This document shows, one piece after another, positions 50,861 to 64,000 of a stretch of 64,000 nt of DNA. How positions within the stretch are numbered: the stretch's first letter is position 1; each line of letters opens with the position of its first letter. The stretch is from Octopus bimaculoides (taxonomy: Eukaryota): NCBI RefSeq assembly GCF_001194135.2, contig NC_069003.1, forward strand, positions 17,381,937 through 17,445,936. The letters are read 5' to 3'. The translations under genes were made by a program, and so were the position numbers. Below the pieces are notes generated by a model. It was not told the DNA's origin, did no database searches, and saw only the letters and a list, made by a program, of their open reading frames with translations.

Positions 50861-52204
50861 TGAAGCTAGTGACATCTAGACCTGCTATCTGCAATTTATT
50901 TACTGCCTCAACATTTTGCTCATACCTTTTTTTGCGCTTTAGTCTGTTCTCTATTATTTATCTGTTTCTCTCCATGAAATTCAATTGAACTCAGTTTTTG
51001 TCTTAAATTCATACTTATTCATTTTCTAAGCTTAGCCATCTTTCCTTGTACAAAGGCTCCCTAAATTCATGCTACTTATCTATTCTATTTACCTAGGTTT
51101 CATTGCTCTTTTAAAAATTACGATTTATGCATTGTTGTCTCTCAAATATTTAGAATCTACGATTAAGAAGTCNNNNNNNNNNNNNNNNNNNNNNNNNNNN
51201 NNNNNNNNNNNNNNNNNNNNNNNNNNNNNNNNNNNNNNNNNNNNNNNNNNNNNNNNNNNNNNNNNNNNNNNNNNNNNNNNNNNNNNNNNNNNNNNNNNNN
51301 NNNNNNNNNNNNNNNNNNNNNNNNNNNNNNNNNNNNNNNNNNNNNNNNNNNNNNNNNNNNNNNNNNNNNNNNNNNNNNNNNNNNNNNNNNNNNNNNNNNN
51401 NNNNNNNNNNNNNNNNNNNNNNNNNNNNNNNNNNNNNNNNNNNNNNNNNNNNNNNNNNNNNNNNNNNNNNNNNNNNNNNNNNNNNNNNNNNNNNNNNNNN
51501 NNNNNNNNNNNNNNNNNNNNNNNNNNNNNNNNNNNNNNNNNNNNNNNNNNNNNNNNNNNNNNNNNNNNNNNNNNNNNNNNNNNNNNNNNNNNNNNNNNNN
51601 NNNNNNNNNNNNNNNNNNNNNNNNNNNNNNNNNNNNNNNNNNNNNNNNNNNNNNNNNNNNNNNNNNNNNNNNNNNNNNNNNNNNNNNNNNNNNNNNNNNN
51701 NNNNNNNNNNNNNNNNNNNNNNNNNNNNNNNNNNNNNNNNNNNNNNNNNNNNNNNNNNNNNNNNNNNNNNNNNNNNNNNNNNNNNNNNNNNNNNNNNNNN
51801 NNNNNNNNNNNNNNNNNNNNNNNNNNNNNNNNNNNNNNNNNNNNNNNNNNNNNNNNNNNNNNNNNNNNCATTCCTCTGTCATCCTCGGCTGTCTCCCGGA
51901 ACCCATCTAGTGGCCTCGGTCATCCCCTCCCCTACCTTTGGGTAGCGCATAAAGTTTGAGTAATGTTTGCAGGTTGTAGGTACTGTTTTGCTTAAGAATT
52001 CTGCCAATCGCAAGCTTTCTTTTCAGGTACACGACACTGCTTTTCCCCTTCCCAAGTTACAGGCCCACACCCCCAACACCCATACTGTTAGGATTGGCAC
52101 TCTCANNNNNNNNNNNNNNNNNNNNNNNNNNNNNNNNNNNNNNNNNNNNNNNNNNNNNNNNNNNNNNNNNNNNNNNNNNNNNNNNNNNNNNNNNNNNNNN
52201 NNNN

Positions 52205-52622
52205 NCATGGAAAGCGGACATTAAACGATGATGATGATGATGATGATGATGTACCATCCAACAACAATAATTAGTGCCGGAGGTGATGGCATTAGCAGAT
52301 TAACCAGCTCTAACACCAGTACAATCATCACAGCCAGAGATGATGACTAGTCAAGACACAGAGCAGATAACCAGTACCACAACTGCAAACGATGACCAAA
52401 CAATTATCATTGATGCTGATGGAGTGATTGGCCCCACACCCACACTAACACCGGCAGCATCAACACCAACCATATGACCAGAAACATCCAGCTGTAGAAA
52501 CTTTGCCAGATCAGATTGGAGCCTGGTGCAGCCTTCTGGCTCGCCAGTCCTCAGTCAAACCGTCCAACCCATGCCAGCATGGAAAGCAGACGTTAAACGA
52601 CAACGATGATGATGATAAATAT

Positions 52623-52656
<34 letters not shown>

Positions 52657-52820
52657 CTCTGAGTGGTTGGCGTTAGGAAGGGCATCCAGCTGTAGAAACC
52701 CTGCCAAATTTAGATTGGAGCCTGGTGTTGCCATCCGGTTTCACCAGTCCTCAGTCAAGTCGTCCAACCCATGCTAGCATGGAAAGCGGACGTTAAACGA
52801 TGATGATGATGATGATGATG
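52205..52820 (+). mobile_element. Three co-oriented RTE-type 3' tails
   Basis: CATGGAAAGCGGAC.TTAAACGATGATG at about 52206, 52578 and 52779. Confidence 0.85.
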
Positions 52821-53101
52821 ATATATCACTTTAACATCAACTTTTCAATGTTTGCAGGTGTCAGATGGAATTTGTTGAGGCTGATTTTTTATGGGCAGAT
52901 ACATTCCCTTTCCACTGAGCCTCACCTGTTTCCAAATAAGGTAACAGTTCCTCATATTTTCATAAAAAACACTATTTTATAACAGTGAAGCTTATTAACA
53001 ACTTTGTTTGCATTACATTCCTGAAATTCTGGCCTTCCTCCCGTGAGTAAGTCATAACAAACAAAAAAGTCATTTACAAATAATTGAAACTTTTACTAAA
53101 C

Positions 53102-53165
53102 CTGGGTCCCCGACAAGGAGTAGGTGGATCTCTCCTCGAACTGCCGTCCCAATATCGTCTTTACG
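53102..53165 (-). CDS. MCM9: MCM9 exon (first half of Walker A)
   Basis: TTTTTTAATAG|CGT AAA...GAC CCA G|GTTTAG, 64 nt, RKDDIGTAVRGEIHLLLVGDP-G, phase 1 end. Confidence 0.95.
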
Positions 53166-54034
53166 CTATTAAAAAAGTGAAAAGAATAGATGCAGCTTAT
53201 TAGACAAAGTGAACAAGGTTTCAACTCATTAACAAACAAAAACATTTTTAAATCAATTTTTTTTTTATTCCATGATGGAACAGGTACAACAAGACTTTAT
53301 TAAGGCAGTATTCCAAGGCTAGATGCCCTTCCTATTATCAACCTTAACTCCTGCTTTTCAAGTCAAGTATCTCTTCATTCTAATGGCCTCAATGTGTCCA
53401 AAACCTCAAAGCTACAGCTGTAAACGATACATCACTGTTGGCTGAATTGTCATATGAAGACATGTAGAAATCTTCACACACACACACACACAATGGGTTT
53501 CTGTACAGTGTCTACCTACCAGTTTCACTCAGTCAATCCAAGGATCTTGTTGAAGACAACTTTGCTCAAGACACCAAGCAGTAAGCTGACGCCACATGGC
53601 TCTAAAGCGAACTTTATTACAACCTAGCTAGGCATGCATCTTCTATAATACAAATTCCATTATTCTCCAGTTCTTTAACTCCATCCAGCTAATTGATTGT
53701 GGCCATGCTGGAGCTCAGTATCACACCACTTATCTTTCAAACATTGTGTGACAGTTCTAAATGAGTGTCACTATCGTACAAGCTTTCTAATCTTCCAATC
53801 ATTTTCAGTCTTCTATGAAAACATGTCTAACCATGGGGTAATACCTTGCTTGGAAACAGGTGACATGACAGGAAGAGCATCTGGCCATAGAAAATCTGCC
53901 TCAGTAAATTTTGTCTGATCCATACAAGCATGGAAAAGTGGACATTAAAACAATGATGATGGTGAAAGCCAGCTCTGTAAAATTGGTGCTATAAGAACAC
54001 TGTTACTATACAACAAGAATGGAAGTTTGCTTAC

Positions 54035-54181
54035 CTTCACACCACCAATTAAGACCAGAATTACAGCTAACTTCACCACATACAAGCCATACACTTGAGG
54101 ACAAAAGCTTGTTAGGATATGGTTACGGCCAGTCAGAGGATAATCCTGAAACTCATTCCAAAAAGACCAAAATTCGTCTTT
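54035..54181 (-). CDS. MCM9: MCM9 exon (start of AAA+ domain)
   Basis: TTTTTATTGTAG|AAA GAC...GTG AAG|GTAAGC, 147 nt, KDEFWSFWNEFQDYPLTGRNHILTSFCPQVYGLYVVKLAVILVLIGGVK. Matches the MCM9 motif GRN.IL.S.CPQV.G.Y.VKLAV. Confidence 0.96.
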
Positions 54182-54349
54182 CTACAATAAAAATGAGACA
54201 AAAGATATATTTTCCATTAAACTTAGAAGCAATGCATGTTAGCAGCATTTACAACTTGAGACAAATAGAACAAACCATGCCAAATCCTTATAAGATTCTG
54301 TGGATGGAGTTAGTACAGACTAGCTTGTACCAGCAGAGAGATATAAATG

Positions 54350-55765
54350 GACAGTAATGAAGTCAAATCAAGTAATGATATTTTCAAAGTATTTAAAACC
54401 ATGATGTCATAAGAGAAAAATGTGTCTGCATGGATGATGGTGCCCTTGCGTTTAAGGATTCTGCAAAGAAAGAGACCTGGAGATGCTATTATGAAAGCCT
54501 GCTGAATGTGGAGAATGAATGGGAGGAGCCTGCCAAAGGTTGACCCAATTGAGGGACCAGCTACCCAAATCAACAATACCCTGGTAGATAAAGCAATTAA
54601 GGATATGAAGACAGGGAAAGCACCTGGTCCAACAGGAATCACCACTGAGATACTTAAAATATTGGGCAATGTGGGTTATGGTCTTGTCACCTGCATTGTA
54701 AATCAGGGAGTTCATGAAGGAGTCATACCCAATGACTGGTGTAGCAGTACCATAGTCAACTGCTACAAAGGTAAAGGTGATGCTTTAGATAGAAATAACT
54801 ACAGGGGTATCAAATTATTGGACCAGGTGATGAAAGTTACAAAGAGAGTCATAGCTCAACTAATTAGGGAGAGAGTTAGACTAGATGAGATGCAGTTTGG
54901 TTTCGTGCCAGGCATAAGCACCACTGATGCTATATTTCTAGTAAGGCAACTGCAGGAGAAATACATAGCCAAAGATAAACCTCAATACTTGGTTTTTGTT
55001 GACTTAGAGAAAGTCTTTGACAGGGTCCCCCAATCCCTTATCTGGTGGTCAATGAGGAAACTGGGGATAGACTAGTGGTTGGTAAGAGCTGTACAAGCAA
55101 TGTACAGGGATGCTGCCAGTAGGGTGAGGGTTGACAACAAGTATAGTGAGAAATTCTGGGTAGAAGTAGGGGTTTATCAAGGATCAGTCCTCAGACCCCT
55201 CTTATTCACCATAGTCCTCCAAGCAATAACAGAGGAATTCAAGACAGGCTGCCCTTGCGAGCTCCTTTATGCTGATGACTTCACTCTAATAGCCGAGTCA
55301 CTGCCAGAACTAGAGACAAAGTTTAGGGTGTGGAAGCAAGTGTTAGAATCGAAGGGCCTTAGGGTTAACTTAGCAAAAACCAAAGTCTCAGTAAGTAGGA
55401 AGGCTGACAAATCACAAAACCTTTCAGGTAGATGGCCATGCTCGATCTGTAGAAAAGGTGTGGGTAGAAACTCCATACGATGTACCCAGTGTAAGCTATG
55501 GATACATAAAATGTGTAGCAATATCAAAGGAAGGTTAACTGGGAAGATAGTTTTTGTGTGTGGCAGATGCAGAGGGGCAATAAACACTGAAGATGTACAG
55601 AAAACAGATTCCATCACATGCCAAGGGGAAAATCTAGAAGTAGTTGATAGCTTCTACTTCCTAGGCGATCAAGTCTGTAGTGGGGGTGGTTAATTCTGAG
55701 AGTGTAGCAACTAGAATGAGAATGGCCTGGGCAAAGTACAGGGAGCTCCTACCTCTTCTGGCAAC
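54350..55765 (+). mobile_element. RTE LINE RT plus PHD-like finger (5' part of a split copy)
   Basis: ORFs 54506-55075 and 55079-55693: YQGSVLRP, LLYADD, CSICRKGVGRNSIRCTQCKLWIHKMC...CGRC. Confidence 0.93.
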
Positions 55766-56289
55766 TACCTTACCTCGTCCAGCCTAATGACCCTCCATGT
55801 TTGTTTTCGTTTAGGTTGTTGTATGTCTCCACTGTCTTGTTTTTGTTACCAACTTTGAACCTCTGCAAATCCCAAATTTTACTTTGGATCGTGGGAGCAA
55901 CTGTTTTACGAAGCCTCATATTGTATTACATATTGTATTATATAGGTAATACGGACAGACATACACACATACACAAAAGACTGAAGCACATAACCATATA
56001 CACACACACACACTTCACACATACACACACAAGGACACATATGGAGACACATACAGTCACAAAAACCCATACACATAGATACATTCAAATATGTACACAC
56101 AAGGAGACAGAGATACACACACACACAAGCATGAACACATGAATATGCAGAATACATACAAATGTATACGCATACATATATATATACATACACACACACA
56201 TACATATATGTATACACATGCACAGTAACGCACACACATGTGCACAAACAGACAAACAAAAAGAATGCAGCTCTAATAACAGACAGAGT

Positions 56290-59200
56290 CAATGACTATT
56301 GGAGAGGTTACAAAAAGCAATGGAAATTTTAGAAAAAATAAACAAGTAAATGAGTGGAAATCAAACTTGTGAGTGTGTTAATTAATAGGATATTAAAACA
56401 GAATGACTCTCCCCAGATACAATAAAATATGCTTCAACACACGAATTCACATAAAGAATCTTGCAAACCAAATACAAAAACGAAATAACAAGTTTTGGCT
56501 AAGCTAGCAAGACGCTGAAAGACACTGTGTTCTGCTGTCTAAAAATCAAAATAGCTACCTGACAGCTCCACTTCATTAAAGCATCTCCTCCAGACTATAC
56601 ACGAAATTTGTTAATTTGGCTGTCAAGCAGCTAGGGCTCACAGAACATCAAGCAAGAAAACTAAAACACACGATATTACAAAACATCAAAAAGAAAATAT
56701 ACACAGAAATCAACCAGTACCAGATATGAAAGAGGGTGCTACTGCATGAACTGAAAAACACCACTACGCCACATGAAAGCGACAGATTCATGACACGTAT
56801 CCAACAAGAATACTGCTGAGTAAACCATGCCTGCAACAAACACTTTCACAACAAACCTAAGTGGATAAAACAGCAACAACAAAAACGATCTCAGAATGGT
56901 AAGAATCAACACAGATACCCAAACAATATTGACGGGATTGACATGTTGGAATGTGAACTACCAGAAGACTCCAGCACCAGCATACTGAAAAATAATACCA
57001 CCAACAACGACAATTACACCCCTGGAATATGTGGTGCAGTACAGCTAGATACGGATAAAATACATGCCTTAGAGTTATCACCGAAATTCACTACATATAA
57101 GAAGGTCAGAAAAATTGATTGTCTATCTGAGATTGGAGGTTAGGACAATACAACCACAACACAAACACAGGAAGCCAAAACAACAACAAGAATAGCAATG
57201 TTAATGACAACAACAATAGTGACAATAACAACGNNNNNNNNNNNNNNNNNNNNNNNNNNNNNNNNNNNNNNNNNNNNNNNNNNNNNNNNNNNNNNNNNNN
57301 NNNNNNNNNNNNNNNNNNNNNNNNNNNNNNNNNNNNNNNNNNNNNNNNNNNNNNNNNNNNNNNNNNNNNNNNNNNNNNNNNNNNNNNNNNNNNNNNNNNN
57401 NNNNNNNNNNNNNNNNNNNNNNNNNNNNNNNNNNNNNNNNNNNNNNNNNNNNNNNNNNNNNNNNNNNNNNNNNNNNNNNNNNNNNNNNNNNNNNNNNNNN
57501 NNNNNNGACAGATTCATGACACGTATCCAACAAGAATACTGCTGAGTAAACCATGCCTGCAACAAACACTTTCACAACAAACCTAAGTGGATAAAACAGC
57601 AACAACAAAAACGATCTCAGAATGGTAAGAATCAACACAGATACCCAAACAATATTGACGGGATTGACATGTTGGAATGTGAACTACCAGAAGACTCCAG
57701 CACCAGCATACTGAAAAATAATACCACCAACAACGACAATTACACCCCTGGAATATGTGGTGCAGTACAGCTAGATACGGATAAAATACATGCCTTAGAG
57801 TTATCACCGAAATTCACTACATATAAGAAGGTCAGAAAAATTGATTGTCTATCTGAGATTGGAGGTTAGGACAATACAACCACAACACAAACACAGGAAG
57901 CCAAAACAACAACAAGAATAGCAATGTTAATGACAACAACAATAGTGACAATAACAACGATAACCACAACATCCCCACACAAACAATTATAACAACAACA
58001 TAAACATACAAAACCAAAACAACAACAATAACAATGATGATAACAACGACAGTAGCAGCAATATCCGCAACACCCAACACACAGACAACTATACCAACAA
58101 CAACGTCATCCACACCACCACCACCACCACCCACAACAGCAATGAACACAACACAAGCATTACCACCACCACCACGGGCAACAGCAATGCCAGCAACTGT
58201 AACAACAACAACCACAAAGATAGTAACACCAGTAGCACCCTACACTCTGTCTTCTATAGCCCCCAACAACAAATCATACAACATGATGAGGATCTACTCT
58301 GCAGACTCATCCTTCAACAAAAGGGTGTGTATCCTACTACAGACTGACAGTGAGACAGCAGTAAAGATTTCCTTAGCTAGAAATAGACTCCAACACATCT
58401 TAGACCGGTATAACAAAACCACTAAAAGAACATAATGAGGTGGAGACCCACCAACTCAGTTCATTTGTTACCAAAGGCCTACAAAAACTGAAACAGCGAA
58501 TTAGAAACAGGGAATTAATATGCCTCCCTATGGACAAGTCTGGCAGACTGTCACTAGACATCCCACAGAACTATGTCAAGACCATGCAATAACATATTAG
58601 TAGCATGAGAGAAGTTACACCACAGAAACATGAAAGAAACGAACCATGTAAAATTTCCAAGCATTCAACAACGATGTTCCTCCGCTATACAGGATGCATA
58701 AGGACCATAAACCCTACATAAACCCTGTTATGGGGCCCCCAACCTAGCAAGTTTCCAGAGCGAATATCTCCAGTAATTACAGGCTATCCTACTTCCTCTC
58801 ACAGGTGTTATGACCACTCATTGAAATGTCCCCAGGTGTCTGTGTGAGCACAGAGGATCTACTCTGTAGAATCAGTAGTTGCAACCACTCCAACGACGTC
58901 ATAGGTCATGTAGTGGGTAGTATGGATGGTGGGTAGTGGGTAGTATGGATGTAGTTTCACTCTACCCATCTATAGACATAGATTTTGCTGTGGAAAAATG
59001 CATTGAGATTATCTGTGAGAGCAAAGTAGAGTTCTGCAAAGTCAACATGAGGGAACTGGGCCTCCTCCTTAAACTAAGCTATGACTGTAACTACCTAGAC
59101 AATCATGACCTTAGTAGATTCAGCCCCACCATGTCACAGAGGGTATGACCCCCCCACCATCACCTTGGCAGTGAAGAAAAGCACCGCAGAGCACTGGTGT

Positions 59201-59400
59201 GGCTAGACCATACGCACTCAGGACCCTGAGAACAACAGTCAGGTGAAAAGAATGATTACATACGCAATAGGGGCTAGCATAAAAACCATCTTGAAGAACC
59301 ACATAATAAAGTTTAACAGGAAATTATACATGTAGGTTCAAGATGCAGCCATTGGTGTCAGTGTGGCTGGTCTCTTTATGACCTCGTGGGATAGAAAACT
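56290..59400 (+). mobile_element. Penelope-like element remnant (N-terminus and RT)
   Basis: LELSPKFTTY, DKSGRLSL, PPLYRMHKDHK, GSMDVVSLYPSID and a GAAIG-like segment, with (ACA/CCA)n expansion at 57900-58220. Confidence 0.75.
56781..57959 (+). repeat. 453-bp apparently identical direct repeat flanking an N gap
   Basis: 56781-57233 matches 57507-57959 (offset 726; duplicate ORFs in the track), separated only by Ns. Likely an unmerged contig overlap. Confidence 0.9.
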
Positions 59401-59589
59401 TAACAATCCTTAGCTAAACAATCCACAACTGCTTTGCTTTACATACACATTCACCAATAAAATATAATCTTTTACCCATAACACCATGTGCTACCTTTTT
59501 AGATTTAATTAATTTTGTTTATAATTGTAATGTCACTACCTATGTCCAACACCATTTTAACAGTTGTATTTCTGATTTTCACTTTTACG

Positions 59590-61031
59590 AATTTTCTGTT
59601 CATTATAATTCCATTTTTTTCTGATGACATACTACAAATTTTTTTACCTTTTTTCTGATATTTTATCCTCTTCGTTCTACAGTGTGACTTTATATGTCCT
59701 ATATTTCCACAACAAAAACCCTACTTTTTTAAATGGACAATTTTTCCTCAGGTGCATACCACTATATGCAAAACATAGATTTAAATCCTGATGTTTGTTG
59801 TGCTTTTTAGAAAACACTTTATCTCTGTTCACACTATTCCACACTGAGTTTACTTGGACACAATCTTTACATTCAATTTCCTTAGTGTCGTGTCTTAATT
59901 TATGTATCCTTTCACATTCTTCAGACACTTTTTGCAGGGTTACATCATTGCTTTGCTCCAGCTTTGCAAGAATTCTAGTTCTGACTTCTGCATTCTTTTC
60001 GGCAGTTAGTCCCTGTGTAAAGATCAGGCATTTGAACATATCTAGAGTTAATTCATCCAGCTTAAACTTCTCACATTCCCTGTATACTAGCATATGTGAT
60101 GTAGTCCTCATTAGTATTTCTCTCTATGTTCAAACACTTCCACTGTGTGTTGAATAAGGAGCATTTTTCACTGAAAATCTCACACAATATATCTACTGTG
60201 TCATTAAAGTTTATGTCAGACAGTTTTCTTGGGAGTACAAAATTACTGTATCATTTGTATTCTGTTGGAGCCAGTTTTCTCAAGATAAAGCAAGTTTTCA
60301 TCTCATCACCCCAATCTTTACATTCTTTCTTTAAGATTTGCTCATATCTTCCGTAGTATGCTTCAAAGGTAACTCCTTCATCAGGTTCGTATTTGAACTC
60401 CATTATGGAGTTCGCAACAATCTAGTGAGAACACTTTTTCTGGTTTTTCATTAATTGCAGCTTCTGTTGCTGTAATATTAATTGTTGTTGTTGTTGTTCT
60501 TTCAACTGTTGTTGATGGAGTTGTTGTTGTAGCTGTTTTTGCAACTCGAATAAACCGGCCAACAAATTTTCCACAATTTTTATGATTTTTCATAAAATTC
60601 ATACAACAAAACTTTGTGAGTTTGTTAACTCCTCTACGAGTTTCTACTAACTCCACGTGAATTGGTTTATCTTTGTCGCCATTGTTATGTTCTGTCCTTG
60701 TACAACGGTTGTCGCTCTGACAATATTGTCATATTCTAGTCAATAGGCTGTTTCTATCTAGCACTGTATGACCCCTAGTCACAACAGTCATAACAGTGTT
60801 ATTATCCTCAAAAGCTGGATCATTATAACATCCACGCAGTATCGTAGTGCAATTACTAGATCAGCACAGACACGACTAACAATGCAGTTTACATGTACTC
60901 TACGTATTCCATGATAATGGCCTACACCACCTTACTTATAGTGGCTGGCTCATTCCACTCATCACATGGGAGAGGCTGTACCATTATTACTAATTCCCTA
61001 CAACAGACATATTACAATCATAATCGCAACA
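59590..61031 (-). mobile_element. Gypsy LTR element 5' fragment (LTR, PBS, gag)
   Basis: Probable LTR TGTTGCG...AACA at 61031-60683. PBS TGGCGACAAAGAT resembles the tRNA-Ser(GCU) complement TGGCGACGAGGAT. gag ORF 59677-60111 (FKCLIFTQGL...EVRTRILAKLEQ...CF...HLRKNCPF). No second LTR seen. Confidence 0.8.
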
Positions 61032-61288
61032 TACATCTGCAGAGTCTTCAATAACTAAGAGGCTTAAGATGGGATACTCAACTGAATCATATCACACACA
61101 CATATCTATCTATCCATCTATCTATATGTGATGTAAAATTAGTAAGAACACAAATGAGTTGAGGTTCACTACAGCTGTTTGAGACATGTTTTTTTATTGA
61201 TGAACAAATCAATCACATAATGAAAAAAAACTATTTCCATTAGATGAATTAAAATTTAAATCTAAAATTTAACATTTATAATATATAT

Positions 61289-61720
61289 TGGCAATAAAAG
61301 GACTCTCTCTCAGAGTGAAAGGTAGATTGCATGATGCTTGTGTACGAACAGCTATACTTCATGGTAGTGGACATGGGCTCTGAATGTAGAGGATATGTGT
61401 AAACTAGAGAGGAATGAAGGTAGTATGCCCTGCTGGATGTGCATGAACAACAAAGTGCAAATGTGTTGAGAGAATAGTTTGACATAAGAGGAATGGACAT
61501 GTAAAGTGTATGAATGAAGACAGCTATATAAAGTGCCGGTCACTGAAAGTGGATGGTACCTGTGGAAGAACAAGAGTCAGGAAGACATGAGATCCAATCT
61601 CAGGATGTTGAGGATCACAGAGGAAATGACAAGGGACCAAGATGTCTGGCACTATGAGGTTCTAGAGAAGACCCGCTCACGTCAATAAAACTGAGTTCTA
61701 GAAGCATTGTATTTCACCCG
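61289..61720 (+). mobile_element. RTE LINE C-terminal part (probable continuation of 54350-55765)
   Basis: Begins TGGCAATAAAAGGACTCTCTCTCAGAGTGAAAGG (GLSLRVKGRLHDACVRTA), the sequence that follows LLPLL in the copy at 38780-38860. Confidence 0.8.
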
Positions 61721-62429
61721 CATATAACAATAAAATTTTCACACACCCAAAAAACCAAATGTCTCTTCTCTTTCTCACATTTCCTCTTCATACATTATGA
61801 TTATCCCCAATCCTGTCCTCACTACCCTGCTCACTGTATCATTGCTTTCCCCACCCGCTCTATATACCCAGGATTTGACCAGTCACAGCATTCCCCATCT
61901 CATCCCTACTTGCACCTCTTGCCACATATAGTATGCCCTGACACCTGTCACCATTTATCTTTCTCTCTTCCTTACTCTACCATCCCATCTATGCTCTCAT
62001 CCCCATTCCTTGTGAGTATACTCTGGCACTTTGCCACTATCTCTCTCCTGCACTTTTGCTATCTCTTAATCTCTCTCTCTCTTTCCCTTGCTCTTCCCTC
62101 TGGCTGGGTAACCATGTATTTCCTCTATAGCAGCACACCTGTTTCTTCCTTCATCCTTGATCACTCTCTCTCACCACTTCTCTTACTCTTACTTCTGGCT
62201 AGGTAACCATGTATCTCCTATACAACAGCACACCTGTTTCTGTCCTCTTTTTCTCACTCATTCTCTCTTGATGGGTAACCATGTACATCTTCCACAGCAA
62301 GACATCTCTTTATGTCTCTGTGTCTCTCAGTCACACTCTAACCTTCCATTATCTAACACAAAAATCACCTCCTCCAATGCCCCCACCCCTATCAAAGATT
62401 CCTTGTCTTGCAAGTTACTTGGTGACCCT

Positions 62430-63240
62430 ACCAGTGTTGGCGTCACTTAAAAAGCATCCAGTCCACACTGTAAAGTGGTTGGCATTTTAAAGGGCATACA
62501 GCTGTAAAAACCATGCCAAACTGACTTTGCATAAAAAGCACTCAGCCCACTCTACAGGGTGGTTGGTGTTAGGACGGGGATCCAACCATAAAAACCATGC
62601 CAAAACATACACAGAAGTTTGATGCAGGCTTCTGCCTGGCCAGCTCCTGTCAAACCATCCAACTCACACCAACATGGAAGGAGGATGTTAAGCGATGATG
62701 ATATATATATCATCATCATCATCGTTTAACGTCCGCTTTCCATTCTAGCATGAGTTGGACGATTTGGCTGAGGACTGGTGAACCAGATGGCTGCACCAGG
62801 CTCCAATCTGATCTGGCAGAGTTTCTACAGCTGGATGCCCTTCCTAACGCCAACCACTCTGTGAGTGTAGTGGGTGCTTTTACGTGTCACCGGCACAAGG
62901 GACAGTCAGGCGGTTCTGGCAACGGCCACGCTCAAAATGGTGTTTTTTACGTGTCACCTGCACAGGAGCCAGTCCAGTGGCACTGGCAATGACCTCACTC
63001 GAATGTTTTGTAACATGCCACCAGCACAAGTGCCAGTAAGGCGACGCTGGTAATGATCACGTTCAAATGGTGCTATTTACGTGCCACTGGCACAGAAGCC
63101 AGACAGCTGCTCTGGCAATGATCATGCTCGGACGGTGCTGTTAGTGCTCTACTGGCACAGGTGCCAGTCATCGAATATGGTTCGATTACGATTTCGATTT
63201 CACTTGCCCCAACAGGTCTTCGCAAGCAGAGTTTAGTGTC
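62430..63240. mobile_element. Second tail-to-tail pair of RTE-type 3' ends
   Basis: A + copy ends GATGATG at 62700, (AT)5 spacer, then a - copy starts CATCATCATC at 62711. Confidence 0.85.
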
Positions 63241-63531
63241 CAATATATATATATATATACACACACACATATACATACATACACAAATATACACATGTTT
63301 AGTGTTGGCTGTCAGAAGAAAGACCATATAGAAATTAATATTAACTTGCCTAATGACCCTATGAAGATACAGGTGAAACTCCAGGGTAAGCCAGAGGTTG
63401 TCTCCACTGAGGATATAACGACTTCCTTTGTACTAATGGCCATAACCAGAGGGGCTACACACACAAACACACACCACACAGAGGATAATTTAAAAAGATG
63501 ATATGCACGATTAATAATACCAGTTACCTAC

Positions 63532-63661
63532 CATCTCCTTGGAGATTACAATAGCATTTTTCTTCTCATTTGTCACAAGAATGTGGTTTGCTTTCATGAA
63601 CATGTCAATATTACAGAGTGTGTCCACACTCAAAGGACTCCACCGATGCATGACAATTCCA
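63532..63661 (-). CDS. MCM9: MCM9 exon (end of OB fold)
   Basis: Minus strand TTATTTCAG|T GGA ATT GTC...GAG ATG|GTAGGT, 130 nt, GIVMHRWSPLSVDTLCNIDMFMKANHILVTNEKKNAIVISKEM. Resembles the vertebrate MCM9 segment G(I/T)VMQRWKPF...LKANY (recalled). Phase 0 end joins the next exon. Confidence 0.9.
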
Positions 63662-64000
63662 CTGAAATAATGAACCAATTAATTAAATTGAATGGAATTA
63701 TATCAATGATAACAGACAATTCAAGAGAACACTTACTTTGCACAATTACAAGCTTGGCTTCATATTTGCATGGGTCATATAGAATTAGTTGAAACAGATT
63801 TTCTACAGCTCGATGCCCTTCTTGTCATCCACCCTTACCTGATTCCAAGCAAGATAACATTTCACCCTGACCAAATATGCTTCCATGGAAGATATTGGAA
63901 ATGAAGAAGACTGCTTCTTTGATGGTGATACTTGTTTACAACTATTAAGCAATGTCAATATTACTAGTGTGCATTGAGGATGCATACCTAGTGGTTAGGA

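Noticed and set aside
56781-57959. 453-bp direct duplication as a real tandem repeat
   Set aside because: Apparently identical copies abut both sides of an N gap, typical of an unmerged contig overlap.
57832-58435. Mucin-like Thr/Pro-rich and Val-rich ORFs
   Set aside because: They derive from (ACA/CCA)n microsatellite expansion within a Penelope-like relic.
63735-63790. Additional MCM9 exon ending at GCAAA|GTAAGT
   Set aside because: The required phase-2 frame hits TGA within 8 codons and the upstream DNA is a SINE-like repeat.

Overview
Eukaryotic, AT-rich, repeat-dense draft scaffold with many N gaps. The repeat families look like those of Octopus (inference, no database search). One host gene is supported: MCM9 on the minus strand. 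Six exons were read by hand with GT-AG boundaries and consistent phases (63532-63661, 54035-54181, 53102-53165, 35270-35379, 33430-33576, 29377-29457). They cover the end of the OB fold, Walker A and Walker B. The gene starts beyond the right edge. The arginine-finger (SRFD) and following exons were not found, and a possible terminal exon lies at 9384-9556. Almost everything else is decayed mobile DNA: RTE and CR1/L2-type LINEs, Penelope-like elements, two Gypsy LTR relics, Helitrons, pogo/Tigger and piggyBac elements and MITEs, tRNA-derived SINEs and microsatellites. The most interesting observations are minimal hammerhead-ribozyme motifs with palindromic stem III, an apparent 72-nt intron in a Tigger-type transposase, a CTAG|TC Helitron junction next to a (TTAGGG)n-like array, and tail-to-tail RTE 3' end pairs that could form long dsRNA. 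I found no convincing novel multi-gene system. Repeat boundaries are approximate unless termini are quoted.
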